The notes under the pieces: generated by a model
The model's database searches: none
What the model saw: only the letters and a program-made list of their open reading frames with translations
Told to the model about the DNA's origin: nothing
Position numbers and translations under genes: made by a program
Assembly (NCBI RefSeq): GCF_009914755.1
Contig: NC_060933.1
DNA length: 64,000 nucleotides
Reading direction: 5' to 3' (one strand)
DNA from: the human T2T-CHM13v2.0 reference genome, Homo sapiens
In this document: positions 17,001 to 33,100 of the stretch, piece after piece
Layout: each line of letters starts with the position of its first letter
Numbering within the stretch: position 1 is the first letter of the stretch

Positions 17001-18113
17001 TCATTATGGTTTTGATTTGCATTTCTGTAATGATTAGAGATGTTGAGAAACTTTTGTTTATTTGTTGGCCATTTTTATGTCTTCTTTTGAAAAATGTCTA
17101 TTTAGGTCCTTTGCTCATTTTTTAATCCAGTTATTTGTTTTCTTGCTTTTGAGATGTTTGTGTGCTTTATATGTTTTAGATATAAATCCCTCATCAGATG
17201 TGCAATTTGCAAATATTTTCTCCTATTCCATGGGTTGTCTCATCACTCTGTGGGTTATTTTGTTTGCTGTGCAGAAACCTTTTAGTTTCATGTAATTCCA
17301 TTTGTCTATTTTTGCTTTTATTGTTTATGCTTTTGGGGTTGTATCCAAAATATTATTGCCCAGACCAATGTCATGAATATTTTTCTCTATGTTTTCTTCT
17401 AGTAGTTTTATAGTTTTAGGTTTTGCATTTAAGTATGTAATCCATATTGATTTGATTTTTTATATGATGTGAGATAAGGGACCAATTTCAATCTTCTGCA
17501 TGTGGATAATTTCACAGCACCATTTATTGAAGAGACTTCCCTTTCCCATTGCATGTTCTTGGCATCTTTGTAAAAAATTAGTTGACTGTAAATATATGTA
17601 TTTATTTCTGGGCTCTCTATTCTTTTATATTGGTCTATGTGTCTGGTTTTATGCCAGTACCAAGCTGTTTTGGTTATTATAGCTTTGCAGTGTATTTTGA
17701 AGTCAGGTAGTGTGATGCCTCCAGCTTTGTTAATTTGGCTCAAGATTGCTTTGGATATTTGGGATATTGTCTTCTACAATGTCTTTCATCAATGTTTTAC
17801 AGTTTTCAATGTAAATGAAAAAGTTTATTGGGTATGTCATTGTTAGTGCATGAAAATATTACTGATTGTTACATGCTGATTTTATATTCCACAACTTTAC
17901 TGAATTTGTTTATTAGTTTTAACAGTTTTTTGCTAGAGTCTTTAGAGTTTTCTATGTAAGTGATCATTGGGTCTGCAAACAAAGACTATTTAACTTCTTC
18001 CTTTATTAATTGGATGCCTTTTATTTCTTTTTCCTGCCTAATTGCTCTGGCTGGGACTTCCAGTACTATTTTGAATAGAAGTGGCAAGAATGGGCATCCT
18101 TATCTTGTTCCCA
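17001..18113 (-). mobile_element. L1MA8-like ORF2 fragment (right part of the host element)
   Basis: Diverged ORF2 ([12 protein letters not shown]...KTAWYWHK) with an internal deletion, followed by the TSD copy at 18118. Confidence 0.85.
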
Positions 18114-18332
18114 GTCAGAACTAACTTTTAGAAAACACTCACTAGTAGCCTTGTGGAGGATAGGTTGAAGATGCCACTTTAGGGAGAGAAGTATAAGTGA
18201 GTCCACTGAATGAATGGAGTGTCAGAGCGATAGATAAAGGGAAAAATTCAAGATAAATTTGAGAGGTTTAATAGATAGAACTCACAGATTAATCAGATGG
18301 TGAGGGAATTTGGAAGAATAAAAGAAGTTTGG

Positions 18333-18545
18333 CATTGAGTACATATGGACACAAACAAGGGGGCAACAGACACCGGGGCCTACTTGAGGGCAGAGGGTGG
18401 AAAGAGGAGGAAAATCAAAAAGCTGTCCATCAGGTACTATGCCGGTTACCTGGGTGATGAAATAATCTGTGCACCAAACCCCCACGGTGCAATCTACCTA
18501 CATAACAAATCTGCACGTGTATCCCGAACATAGAAGTGAGAAATA
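18333..18545 (+). mobile_element. L1PA15/16-like 3'UTR fragment
   Basis: 'acagacaccggggcctacttgagggcagagggtgg...ctgggtgatgaaataatctgt'. Confidence 0.85.
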
Positions 18546-18924
18546 TGTACATACATACATCCATTTTACATAAAGGTAGACATTTAAAAATACATAAAAC
18601 TTTAAAAAGAGGTTTAGAATAACTCTTTTTTAACTTAAAAAATATAGAAGAATCACCTCTACATGTACCTCTGAACCTGCATGTTTCCAAAAGAACTGGT
18701 GTGTTGTTTTGGGACTTCACTTCTCTATCTCATCTTGAATCCTACCTTTTAGTTTAGCATTTCTTTACTCTGTCATAAAGAGGTAGAAAAACTGGGTACT
18801 TCTTCATGACCACACTATGCCCATTTTGGTGATGCCAGCCAGGCTAACTTTATAATAAATATACACAAACTCTGTATATATTTGTCAATTAGAGTTACTG
18901 AGGAAAACAGTCAGAAAATTCATT

Positions 18925-19332
18925 AGGTCAGTATTTATACAAGTTTTGGATAAGCAAACCAAACATTATGAATAGCAGTCACTGCTACCCATCAGGCTGA
19001 AAGGACAAGGGGGACGGATGTAGTCTGCCTAGTCAGAGCTAGACTATGATGAATGTATGCCTTCTGAGGACAACCACTGCCTACTGGAGCTGGCACAAAG
19101 GAAGATGGGAAACCATTGCTGATGAAGCCTAAGCAAAGAAAGAGAGGAAGAAACATCTCAGATACTCCCTTTTTCCCACCTCTCATTTCCTGCCAGGCCT
19201 CCTTCTGAAACTACTTGAAAGTTGGTTGGGGGGTGAACCTGATAAATGTTTGCAGGGATCAGCCCTCTGCAACATAGAGCTAAGAAGTAGAGGCCAAGAA
19301 GTATATCTGGGAACAAATAGATGACTGGCACA
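18925..19332 (-). mobile_element. Old ERVL solo LTR (LTR33-like)
   Basis: Reverse strand begins 'tgtgccagtcatctatttg...gctctatgttgcagagggctgatccctgcaaac'; family name tentative. Confidence 0.55.
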
Positions 19333-19427
19333 TACACGTATGTGTTTATTTCCCTTAGGTAAATTAATACATTGCTTACAAAAAAAAAACAGAATTGTAG
19401 AATTATATGACCTCAGATATAGAATAT

Positions 19428-20076
19428 TGTTGGGGTACAGAAAATGATTCCCCCAAATATGGTACTTCTGTATACTGAATGCCTTGAAAATGGAAAGATT
19501 TCAGAAATAAGCTTCAGAACCAAGGTATTTCTTTGACCTTTTCCCACCTCCCTGTCTGTCTGTATCAGGAGGGACTCATCTTGGAATCTTCTTACCTAAG
19601 AAGGCTGCTTTCCAACAACAGCAACAACAACACAATGCAATAGTCTAAGACTCCCTTCTTAGGAATCTCATCAAATAATCAAGAAATATCAACCACCAGA
19701 GAAAGCGAGAGACTGGGGGTCCTCACCATGAAGAAATTTCATTAACTCTTCTGAGGGCACCTCTGAGAGATTACCTGGGGGACTTTATCTACGTAATAAG
19801 CCAAGAGAATCATTTACTAGCCATTATCTGAACATTGGGCCTATTCATTCCCCCACGTCCCTTTCTCCTAAGAAGAAAGCATTTAAGCCTCAACCCTCCG
19901 GCCCCTCTTTGCGCTTGTATTTTGTATGATTCCCATGTACAAATGTACACATGTGCATGTAATAGTAATAAATCTGTTATGCTTTTCCTACATTAACCTG
20001 TTTTTTTTGTTATAAGGGTGTTGGCTATGACCCTTTATGATGGGGAGAAAAGGGATTACCCCCTTTTTCCCCTACA
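19428..20076 (+). mobile_element. ERV1 solo LTR (MER34/MER39 group)
   Basis: TG...CA termini: 'tgttggggtacagaaaatgattcccccaaatatgg' to 'tttttcccctaca', with AATAAA near 19967. Confidence 0.75.
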
Positions 20077-21261
20077 GTTCATAGTCATCTCTTCCAGATA
20101 TTGTCAGATCTTGCCATGTGAGTATATTTTATTGAAATTATTTGCATTTACCTACTACACAAATTCCGAAGGCAATCGGCTTTTCAAAAGGAAAAAAACA
20201 TATTTTACACAATGATTCTTATAAGTTTCATAATCTGTATTTGGGCCATCAGTTAGTAATTATCTTGTTTTTTCATAATTTAATCTGGTTTTTATTCATA
20301 TAGTCTTTATAGTCTAAATTGCCACATGGACTCATTTCCTGTATTATGTAAGTGCTAAAAGATGAGTATTCTCTCTATTTACACCCCTAAGAACCCTGCT
20401 CAAAGGTCTATGCAAAGGGGTACTAAATAAATACTGTTTGATAATGAACTCATAGAAATGGAGCTTGCTAGGTGACAGTTTATTTTATTTCTTGTTTCCA
20501 TTTGCTTTTCTTTCCATAGCAGTTCTCAGTAACCTTAAAATGTATTCAATGTGAAGAGTTCTAACATTAGGTTAATTTGTGGCAAGATGAATATGTTTTC
20601 CCTTCATCAAGCCACATTTACTCTGGAGTCCATAAAATAGTTTTATTCATGTTGCTGTTAATTGCAGAACTCCTGGTAATCTGCCAAGGATAATGACGTT
20701 TGCCACTTTTGATCAGTGCTGTGGTATAGAACTTGTTCAGACCCTTGCTGAGAAAAGAAAAAAACTTATTAAATGGATTACACTACATTTGTTGTATGTG
20801 GAGTACCAAACTGAGCTGATATTAGAGAGACTGATAATGTCATGATTCATCTTTGTAACTAAGGAATACAAAAGAAACACTCAAATACATCATGACTGTG
20901 AAAGTTCTTTACCTGTTTACTTTTCTCCTAACATTCTAGTATCTCATCTTAAAATGACAGTAAGTGTAGCTGAATATTTCCCGTGACTTTTATTTATGCA
21001 ATTATGGATAATAGTTATACCTGGGGTCAGATTCATAAAGGCGTCAAGCATAAAACTCAGAGAAGTTAAATGGTCAGTGGCAAACAGGAGAACACAAGCC
21101 CCATCTAATGAAAGCAGCTGCTTTTCTGCATCCCTCAACAGTTTTGCAACAAATAATACCTGACATAAGGTGAGTTACCTGTAGAACATGAACCTTAAGC
21201 CATATGGATAAAAGAGGAGAACTCTCAGACAGAGAAAATAGTGAGTTCAAAGACCCTAAGG

Positions 21262-21761
<500 letters not shown>

Positions 21762-22631
21762 CCCTAAAGCGTCAACTAATTATTATCATACAGAATTGCA
21801 GGATTACAGCCTCCATTCTTCTGACCTTTTCAGGAAAAGTCAGCAATCCAGAGTTTGTTATTGTTTCGTTTTGTTTTTGAAATCTCTTAATTCATAAATA
21901 TTAAGTCATCTTCTTTTCTTTTACATTTTAACAAAACTGCCTCTGGACCAGGTCTAGACTATGAGCTAGTTGTTGCTAGTTTTTTTCTGACTTAAAGGCA
22001 TAAATCCATAGATTGTCCAAAAGATAAGAATATTCCTGTATGTCGAAGTGTCAAGGTGCAGTGCAAAGATATGTCAGCTTTAAAAGGCACAAGCAGGGAT
22101 ATAAAAGAAGTCCAAGCCTAAACTCTCCGTAGCATGAGTCAATGCTGAAGCTCTGTCCCTTGGATCTTACCTTAGGTCTGTGCCGCTGCCCTCTGTTACC
22201 TCTGTTCCATCTTCTCAAGTCAGTCTGACTAAGGTTTCAAGCCCAGTTATCTGCTTTTGAATGCCTTTTTGACTTTGATGTCACTGACAAAATTGGCTCT
22301 GTTGAAATCAGTTACATATCTTGGTAGTACCTTTGATTTACCCCTTATGTGGAAAAATCAGATTGCAAAAGGGCAATGTGCAGTAGAATCTCATTTTTAA
22401 TAATATGTCTATATAGATATCCTTATAGATAGATACAAGAGTCTGGAAGGATATGCCAAATGTGGAAGTACTTACCTTGGAAAGACAGAATTATGACTGG
22501 CTGACCTTTCTTCTTCATTGCTGTCAACACTTTGTGTGATTTTTTAAAAAAATGAGCTTGTGTTATTTTTAGAATGCAGAATATTTCTCATATTGGGTAT
22601 TCCTAGATGGAAAAGGATTATGTCTTAGTCA

Positions 22632-22633
22632 TG

Positions 22634-22682
<49 letters not shown>
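22632..22682. repeat. (TG)n(TA)n compound microsatellite
   Basis: Read directly. Confidence 0.95.
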
Positions 22683-22684
22683 GC

Positions 22685-22748
22685 AGGACTTGAAACATTG
22701 TAAGTGCTAGGTAAATATATATAAAATGAATGAATGAATGAATGAATG
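22685..22748 (+). mobile_element. L2 3' tail with (TGAA)n
   Basis: 'gtaagtgctaggtaaatat...aatgaatgaatgaatgaatgaatg'. Confidence 0.6.
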
Positions 22749-24772
22749 GAAGAAAGAGGTGTATAAGTTTTAAATAAAAATTTCTTTGTAATTAAATGCA
22801 TTATAAGCACAGACATGTGACACAGTTTCGTGAAAATCATCTTTTTAAGCTTGTGTTCAAAGCAACAACCCTCTCAGATGCTGGAATCATGGAAGCAGGT
22901 AAAGAAGGGGATGAAAGATGGAGATGGAGCAGGCTGTGGGCATTCTCAATTGTCTTTCCACATTTTTTCAAAACCTTATGTTTGTGCTAACTTCCTAAAA
23001 TATCCACTGCCCTGTATGCAGGTGGATTGCTCACCACTATTTTACACTAGCCAGTTTTAAATTACAGCTCTGATAATCACGTACAAGTGAAAAATATAAA
23101 TATGGTTAATTTGAGCATTGTTTCAAGATCTATTTGACATCTCTTTAAAATGTTAACTTATTATTTATATGCTTCCTACCGAAAAATCAAAATTTAAGCA
23201 GCAGATTTCTGTTTTATGATAAACACTGGCTATATAATATAGTATTGCCTCTCAGTGGGCTGCAAACTAGTTTCTCCCTCCTTAACTTTATCAGTGTCAC
23301 CTGGAAAGAAAAGAAGCTATAGACAAGAGATGCAATGCTCGTTTAGTGCAAAGTCCCAGGTTGCTAGAGTCAGGAATGTCCTTAATATTTGCCTTATGCC
23401 ATGATTCACAAACCTTATTTTAGTGGCAGAATTTTTTTTTCTCCCAGAAGAAATCTAACGAGCATCACTGCATCAAACATATAAATGCAGCATGGCCTAG
23501 TTAAAGTAAAGGCCTGAAACTTCTCCTTGTTTCTTGAGGTGACCTACAGGACCGCCTTGGAATTTTAGGGCTCTTCAGAGCAGTTTTAGTAACTGCTGAG
23601 CTAGTCCAAGCTCCACATTCTACAGATATTGAAACTGAGCCCCAGTAAGGCTGTGACTCATATTATACTGTCAAGTTAATGTGCAGAAAAACTACCTCTT
23701 GAATGTTTCATAGTGATGATGAGTGGATTCTTAATGGCCTTATCCAGTTTGTGGATTAGTCTTGCCATCTGTTTCATTTATTCTTCTCTAAGGCTGCCTG
23801 CCCTATGGCTATTTCACACTCATTAATAGCTCCATCAGAGGTCTAGTAAAGGGAAAAGAAGATAGAAAACTCAAATCCCTTATTAGATCTTATCTAGAGG
23901 AAGAAAGATTGAAACTAATGAACATGGCAAGATTGGATGTCAGTTCTGGCTGGGCCTGGAGTGCTGTCAGCCCTGTTCCTGTTCTGTTTCAATACTTCCC
24001 TCCACAGCCAAGGGTTTCCACACATCCAGTGTTTGCTTCCTGACCAAACATGAAACTTAGGAAAGTTTCCTGCCCAAAGCAAAGACTAAGTTCAGTATTA
24101 AATTCAGTCTTACTTACACTGAGCCTTTGTAGCTGGCACCAGACTCACCGGGGTTTTGTCTCCTCTTGGTTGGAAATTTTGATGGTCTTAACCTCCCTGC
24201 TATCTAGCTGTCCCATCTGAATTTTGGCCTTTCTGTTAAAGTTCTCTTCGGAGAGTGGTTTTATACCCTTCTATCACAATTCAGTCTCTCCATCATCAGC
24301 TTCTGGGCTTAGCTCTCTGGGATTTGCACTGCTGTTTTCTTGAGGTAATGGTCTCTGGGTATGGGCAAGGCTCCTTATCCCTAGCTCATGACGACCCACT
24401 GCCCTTGCTTTGATCCTACTGAGGAACTTGGTGATGCTTCATTTTAGCAGAGTTCCTGACTCTGCTGCTACCGGATTAAGACCACTTAGGCCCTAAATTG
24501 TGGACTAGGCTTAGAAATAAAACCAGTGGCTCAACCCACCCAACATAGATTTTGTGAGTTGAAAATGGCTCAAGTGTGAGTAGGCTCTAGAAAGTACCAT
24601 TGCTTTGTTTTTATCAAGACAAACTGAAAAGGGAGAAGCTTAAGAATGTTGGATATCAGCTGTGGGCAAAATATTCTGCTAGACACTTTCACACATACAT
24701 ATTTCTTGATTCAAGTCATTCCTTCTCTCAGTTAAATTCATATGGTTAAATAGATATATACGAATAAATGTA

Positions 24773-25552
24773 CAATGGGCTCTCTCTATCTGGATTTCAC
24801 ATCCATGGATTCTACCAACGTGGATTGAAATATTTTAAAAAATTACATCTCTACTGAACATGTAAAGACTTTCTTGTCATTATTCCCTAAACAATACAGT
24901 ATAACAACTATTTATATTTCATTTACATTGTATTAGGTATGACAAATGACCTAGAGATGATTTAAAGTATCCAGGAGAACATGCATAGGTTACATGCAAT
25001 TAGTAGCTGTTTTATATTAGGGACTTGGGCATCCATAGAGTTTGGTATTCTGTGGGCAGCTCAGGAACCAATCCCCCATGGATACTGTATTAGTCCATTT
25101 TGGCATTGCTATAAAGAAATACCTGAGACTGAGTAATTTGTAAGGAAAACAGATTTATTTTGGCTCGTGGTTCTACAGGCTGTACAGGAAGCATGGCACT
25201 GGCATCTGCTCCTGGTGAGGCCTCAGGAAGCTTACAGTTATGGCAAAAGGCAGAGCCAGGGCCAGGCTTGGGGGGCGTGGATTGGTGTATCATGTGGCAA
25301 GAGAGGAAGCAAGACAGAGGGAGCAAGAGAGAGAAGGGGAAGGTCCCAGACTCTTAAACAACCAGATCTCACATGAACTGAGAAACAACTCACTCATCAC
25401 CAAGAGGATGGTGCTAAACCATTCATGAGGGATCTGCCCCCATGATCCAATACCTCCTTCTAGGCCCCACCTCCAACACTGAGGATTACATATTAACATG
25501 AGATTTGGAAAGGACAAACATCCAAACCATATTAGATTCTGAGAGATGACTG
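24773..25552. mobile_element. MER2 (TcMar-Tigger) DNA element interrupted by an MST LTR
   Basis: 'cttgtcattattccctaaacaatacagtataacaactattta...ggaaccaatcccccatggatac', resuming 'tgagagatgactg'. Confidence 0.88.
25086..25534 (-). mobile_element. MSTB-like MaLR solo LTR
   Basis: 'tgtattagtcc...aaaccatatta' termini; 5-bp TSD GATAC/GATTC. Confidence 0.92.
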
Positions 25553-26189
25553 TGTAAATACATACGTGTAAATCAAGTCTATGTGATATATGTGAATTAA
25601 TTTGAATATTTCTTTAACTGTTACAGCAGAGACCAAATAACAGTGACTTAAATAAGACAGCAGTTTTCCTCTTTTAAAAACTAAATTTCAAGATTATACA
25701 CATTTCCTCTCCTTCCCAGTTATTAACGAGGATGCCTAGGTGGTCTTCTCTTCTGTAAGAGCCTGGAAAGTAGTGTCAGTTTACAATAAACAATGAACTC
25801 CTCGCAGTACACCATAGTCTTCTGTCCTATATTAAGAATCGTTTAGTCTGCCCTACCTCAAATAGCTCTCTCTCACTCAAGCATAGCTAATACATTTGTT
25901 CTTCTCCTTTGGCAAATCATATGCTCTTTGGAAGTGGGAATTGTGTCTTATATAATTTACTATGAAACATCTTTGGATGTGTAGATGGTGGTTATTACCT
26001 ATTTCCTATTACCACAAAGGACAGAACAAGGAGAAATAGCTTCAAAGGAAAGCAGGTAATCAGATAAGTTGGTCAGATATTAGAGTCAGTTATTGAGGGA
26101 GCTCACTGAAGCTTCTTCCTTGAAAATATTTTAAATACAGTATAAAACTCTATGTCCAGGCTGGTTTTGATTGGATCTAAGTGTCAAAA

Positions 26190-28019
<1,830 letters not shown>

Positions 28020-30654
28020 TAAATAACTGATTTTCTATAATTTGGGTGAATTCAGCTGTGCTATTTAACCCATCATCAGCCAAGAGCACATGGAGCTGTT
28101 TATAAAATGTCATTGCCTTTAACCCGAGGTTGGCCCTCTCTATTCTGTATTGCTTTGGGATGAACTGGTAGAAGTACTGTACCACGACCCATAGATTTTA
28201 CATCGTTTTTACTCATTCATTAATTCCTTCATTCATTTATTTAGTTAATATAAATATAGAAGGCTTACTATATACCAAGCACTAAGTATTGACTGTAGAA
28301 GTGTGAAGCTATAAGAATCATCCTTGAAGGTGAGACCCTAGTTACACTATGGAAATTGCTGACCTAGGCAGTTCATAAATTCGAACTTGTATTTTGATGT
28401 AATACAATAAGTCTTATTTGAAAAAGAAAATTCTCCTGGTATTTTTAGGGTATCTTTTTCCCCCTTCTGAAGGATTTTATGTTTGTATTTGTCTATGTCT
28501 GTATGGGTAACATACCAGCAATTTATTTCCTTTGTCTTTGTCCATTTTAAGCCACTGTTTTAAAGTTATTTAGAGATTGGGCGACATCTTAGTTCTTAAC
28601 TCCTAATAGGTGTATTGCCCTTACCATCTCACTACACAGATGGAAACAAGACCATGATAACTGAGCTGCACAGAGTGTATGGCTGTCTTCCTGGCCAGGA
28701 GTACCCAAACTTTTCCCCAAAATGGTTCTGTTTGTCTTTTTAATTAAAACTTAAAGCATGAGCTTCTTGGCTCTGGCAAGGACTCTCCAGTGAGAAGCTG
28801 CCTCACACAGATTTGTCTCACTGCAATCTGCCTCACAGCATGCCCCTTAGGTGGCTGCCATCGGATTCTGGGATGAGAGAAATCTTGTAAGCAACCAGAG
28901 CTACAAAGAAAGGCAGTTAATGGCCAGAGGTACCTGCAGCTCCTCTCAGTTCATTAACTAAAACTAACTTGAGAATCATTACTGGAAGGAGACTAATTTG
29001 GCAGCCATCAGCATAAAGGATAGAGATCCCATGCTGACTTCAGGTCATGTGGACCCAGCATCCCACACTCATCAGCTATGCTTTCTCTCTCCCATGTCCC
29101 AAAGCTCAGTTACAGCTCATGAATAAGGTTTCTCCTTGTCTTTGCCAATTACTCAGTCATTATTACAAGGTAGAACTGTGTTCTGATCTAAAACTCCTCT
29201 AAAATAGTTAATAACATTAAAAAGCCAACCAAACTATTTACTAACAATTAGTTATTATTCCCACACTTTCCCAAAAGTTTCAAGATAGAAATAAAAGGAT
29301 ACTGCCCACAAAGTAGTCTGTGTGTTTTTTTCTACCAACAAATGTTTTTCAACTATGTTGTTTAGATAAGCCTGCAATAAATATATTATTATGTAGAAAG
29401 TATGAAATATATATATATGAATATATATATATATGAAATTATGTGAGGCAGATCATAAAAGATTAAACATTGTATAATGCACAGAGCAGATTAAGAGCAG
29501 TTCAAGAAAAGAAAGATTATCCAAGGGTCTTATTACTATTTTGTCCTACTTCAGATTATCCAACAAAAATTCCCTGATTAAAATGTGTAAAAGCATATGC
29601 AAAAGCATGTACAAACATTAGTGTTTATACTTTAAATATGCCCTCAATTCCTTTATCACTTATTTAATCCACATCAGTGATCTCAACTTGTCAGGAGAAG
29701 AGACTGAGAGATTCTTAGTCACTATAGAACTGCAATTCCATATGCCTACCTAATATTGCCAACAGGCTGAATAAATACCTTATTATTTTTCAAATTTCAG
29801 ATATGCTGATATAATTAATGAATTGCTAACCCATTAGGGAGTGTTGTTGAACCCATAGTAGTTCTTTGCCTTGTCTCTGTTTTTGTTTGTTTGTTTTTTT
29901 AATCAACGGAAATACTTTTACAACTTCCAGGCTATTAGGCATTCTTTTATAATTTTGTCAAAGCTTTGCCTCCTCAAATATAAAGTTATATTCAGAATAT
30001 TTCCAGCTTGTAAATTTCAGGTGGTTAGTGCCTTGATGAGAAATATTTTCTTTCTTTAGTTATTTGGTTTATTAGGTGACTGTATGAGGCAATTTTGATA
30101 AAAAAAATTATACTCTTTTGTGAAAACCTTTGTTCTCACTGGAGATTTCCTCATTACTCAGAAAAATGCCATCATAAATTGTGATCTCTTAGTTGTTTTT
30201 ATGGTTTTTAAACTTTTCATCTCATTAGAAACCATTAAGAGTCCCTAAAAAAATCAAATATCTTGTATAGATCACCTAGTACATACTATATTGTCTAATA
30301 TATTATATAAGCCAATCTTTTGTCAGCCCTGTGATATAGTCACTATTTTTTTACACATTGTGGATGAGAAAACTGAGTCTCAGAGTTAATTAACTAATAA
30401 TATCTGGCAAGGCAAATCTTAACACAGATATAAGTGATTCCAGAAACAATGATTTTTTTCCACTGTATCAAAAGGATAACTTGAGATTAACTTGAGCCTG
30501 CAATCTAAATTCAGTATATCTCTGTTCATATAATGATGTGTACATTTATGCAAAGGATGATAAAATGTATTAAGAGGCTATATCAGGCATGGCCCTTTCT
30601 AATATCTTTCTAAATAATACTTTGTTTCCTCCATTTGTTTTCCATGTTCACTTA

Positions 30655-31931
30655 TGGGTTTTCTAAAAGTTTAAGGAAAATGCATATTATGAAAAAACTA
30701 TGCATGGATTTCAAATTTTTTTGTACCAAGATAAACTTATACCAACTTGTTATAACACGTCTGAACAACATCTAGTTAGAGGCACTAAGAAGGATAAGAC
30801 ATCAGTTTGAAAAGGGCCCCTGTCAGAACAATATGAATTCTGCTAAAATTGAAGCAAGAGCAAGCACCAAATTTATGGTGAAGTTTGAGTGGAAGAATGA
30901 TGAAATCATTGATAGTTTACAAAAAGTTTATGGAGACAATGCTTCAAAGAAATAAGCAGTTTACAAAGAAATAATTTAAGAAGGGATGATATCATATTGA
31001 AGATGAAGCCCACAGCAGCAGACTATCCACACCAATTTGCAAGGAAAAAATTTGCATTGTCTGTACCTTAATCAAAGAGCACCTACAATTAACAGCACAA
31101 ACAATAGTTGACACTACAGACATCTCAGTTGGTTCAGCTTAAACAATTCTGACAGAAAAATTATGGTTGAACAAACTTTCCAGTCAGTGGCTACCAAAAC
31201 AGTTGTGCCCAGATCAGCTGCAGACAAGAACAAAGCTTTCAATGGAAATTTTCAACAAGTGGGATCAAGATCCTGAAGTATTTCTTCAAGGAATTGTAAC
31301 AGGAGATGAAACATGGCTTTACCAGTACAATCCTGAAGGCAAAGCACAATCAAAGTAACGGCTACTGAGAGGAAGAAGTGGTCCAGTCACAGCAAAAGTA
31401 GATCAGTCAAGAGCAGAGGTAATGGCAACAGATTTTTTGGATGCTTAAGAAATTTCACCTGTAGGTGTTATGGAGCACCAAAGAACAATAACTTCTGTTT
31501 ATTATGAGAGTATTTTGAGACAACCAAAGCTTTAGCAATAAAATGCTCAGGAAAGCTTCCAGAGAGTCCTTCACCACGGCAATGTTCCTGCTCAGTCCTC
31601 TCATCAAACAAGGACAATTTTTATGAGAGTTTCTATGGGAAATTATTAGGTGTATGCCGTATAGTCCTGATTTGGCCCTTTCTGATTTCCTTGTATTTCC
31701 TAATCTTAAAAAGTCTGCAAAGAGCACCCGTTTTTCTTCAGTTAATAATGTAAAAAAGACCGCATTGACATTGTAAATTCCCAGGACCCTAAATTCTTTA
31801 GGGATGGACTAAATTGATGGTACCATTACAAAAGTGTCTTGAACTTGATGGAGGTTGTGTTGAGAAAAAAAGTTTATATTTTGTGTTTTTATCTTTTAAT
31901 TCTATTTTTCCATGAACTTTTAGAGTATCTC
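30655..31931 (+). mobile_element. Hsmar2 mariner transposon, near full length
   Basis: TA-flanked degenerate TIRs ('aaaagtttaaggaaaat' / 'tttttccatgaactttt'), ~1.28 kb, internal transposase remnant. Confidence 0.93.
30833..31870 (+). pseudogene. Hsmar2 DD(34)D transposase remnant with stops and frameshifts
   Basis: MNSAKIEAR start, IVTGDETW, LHHGNVP (second catalytic D changed to G) and YSPDLALSDF motifs. Confidence 0.9.
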
Positions 31932-32389
31932 TACGTGCCAGGCACTGCGACTCAAATGATAAGCAACAGGGAATTCCTGCCCTTACCCTAATGTGGCTTG
32001 GGTGTGAATGAAAGGGCAGTTCTAATAAAATGAGATATGCTCAGGACTCTGTAAATATGTAAGGAAGAATAATTTAACCTAGCTTGGGAAAGTGATGGGA
32101 ATTAAGTCATTAAAAAGTGAGGAGATCCATTTAATGTTACCTTTTAGAATAGTCCTGGGAGTGGTTGAGGAAGCTGAAGTACCCAATTTAGGCTTTTCAC
32201 TGAAAAAAAGTTGCACATAATCTAAGCTTTTTACTCTTTCCACCATCGTAGTAGTTTTAAATTAAAGCATACTGCATACTAGTGCATCTTTTGGGGACCT
32301 CTGATGTTGTGGATATACTTAGAGGTCTCTAACCTGGAGCATACACTGCAGTTGCTGCTACATTTATGCTTCTTGTTACAATCTCCAGT

Positions 32390-33040
32390 CCACACACTCT
32401 TCCCTTCACACTCACTGTCAATTCTGCAGTCCAGGGCACTGAATCTCCTGCCTGAACCATGTCAAAAGCCTCTGAACTCATTTCCCTGTCATCTGCCTTT
32501 TCCCTTTCCAGTGCGCTTTCCACCCAGCTAGAGTCATTTTTCTAAAATCACATTTGATTATGTTACTTCTCTGTTTAATGGGCTTACTGTTATCCAAAAT
32601 AAGTTTCTCCTAAATTCCTTATGAACATGTCCTCAAGGCCCTTTAAAACCTTGCCCCAACCCACCAGTTCCAGTTTGATGTCCCAATACTTCCTTCTACA
32701 TTCCCATGCTCTGACCCTTCATTGCTCCTTGATCATAGCTTCTTTCCTCTCTGCCTGACCAATGCTATTCTCCCTTCAAGACTTCTTCTCTGACTCTCCT
32801 AGAGCCATAATGGCCACATCTTTCTTTTTCACCTTGGGGCCTGGTAACATGTTTATCACAGAACTTATATCTCTTTGTTTCAACCACATGACTCCATATC
32901 TGTCTTTGCTGGCAGACTCTGTGTTCTTCCAGGGAAGAGAATAAATATTTTTCATATTGAACACAATTGTACCCTAAGTGCCTAGCATGGCACAAGGCTT
33001 ATAGAAGGTACCATATAAATATTTTTATTTATTCATGAAA
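32390..33040 (+). mobile_element. L2 3' region
   Basis: 'ctagagtcatttttctaaaatcacatttgattatgttact...caaggccctt...gtgcctagcatggcac...taaatattt'. Confidence 0.7.
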
Positions 33041-33100
33041 TAGTCAATATTTACTGAGCAATTACTATGAAAGTTTCTATATGATGAGTGTTTTGTATGC

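Noticed and set aside
31167-31358. SETMAR-like domesticated transposase
   Set aside because: SETMAR derives from Hsmar1. This copy is Hsmar2 with stops, frameshifts and a mutated catalytic aspartate.
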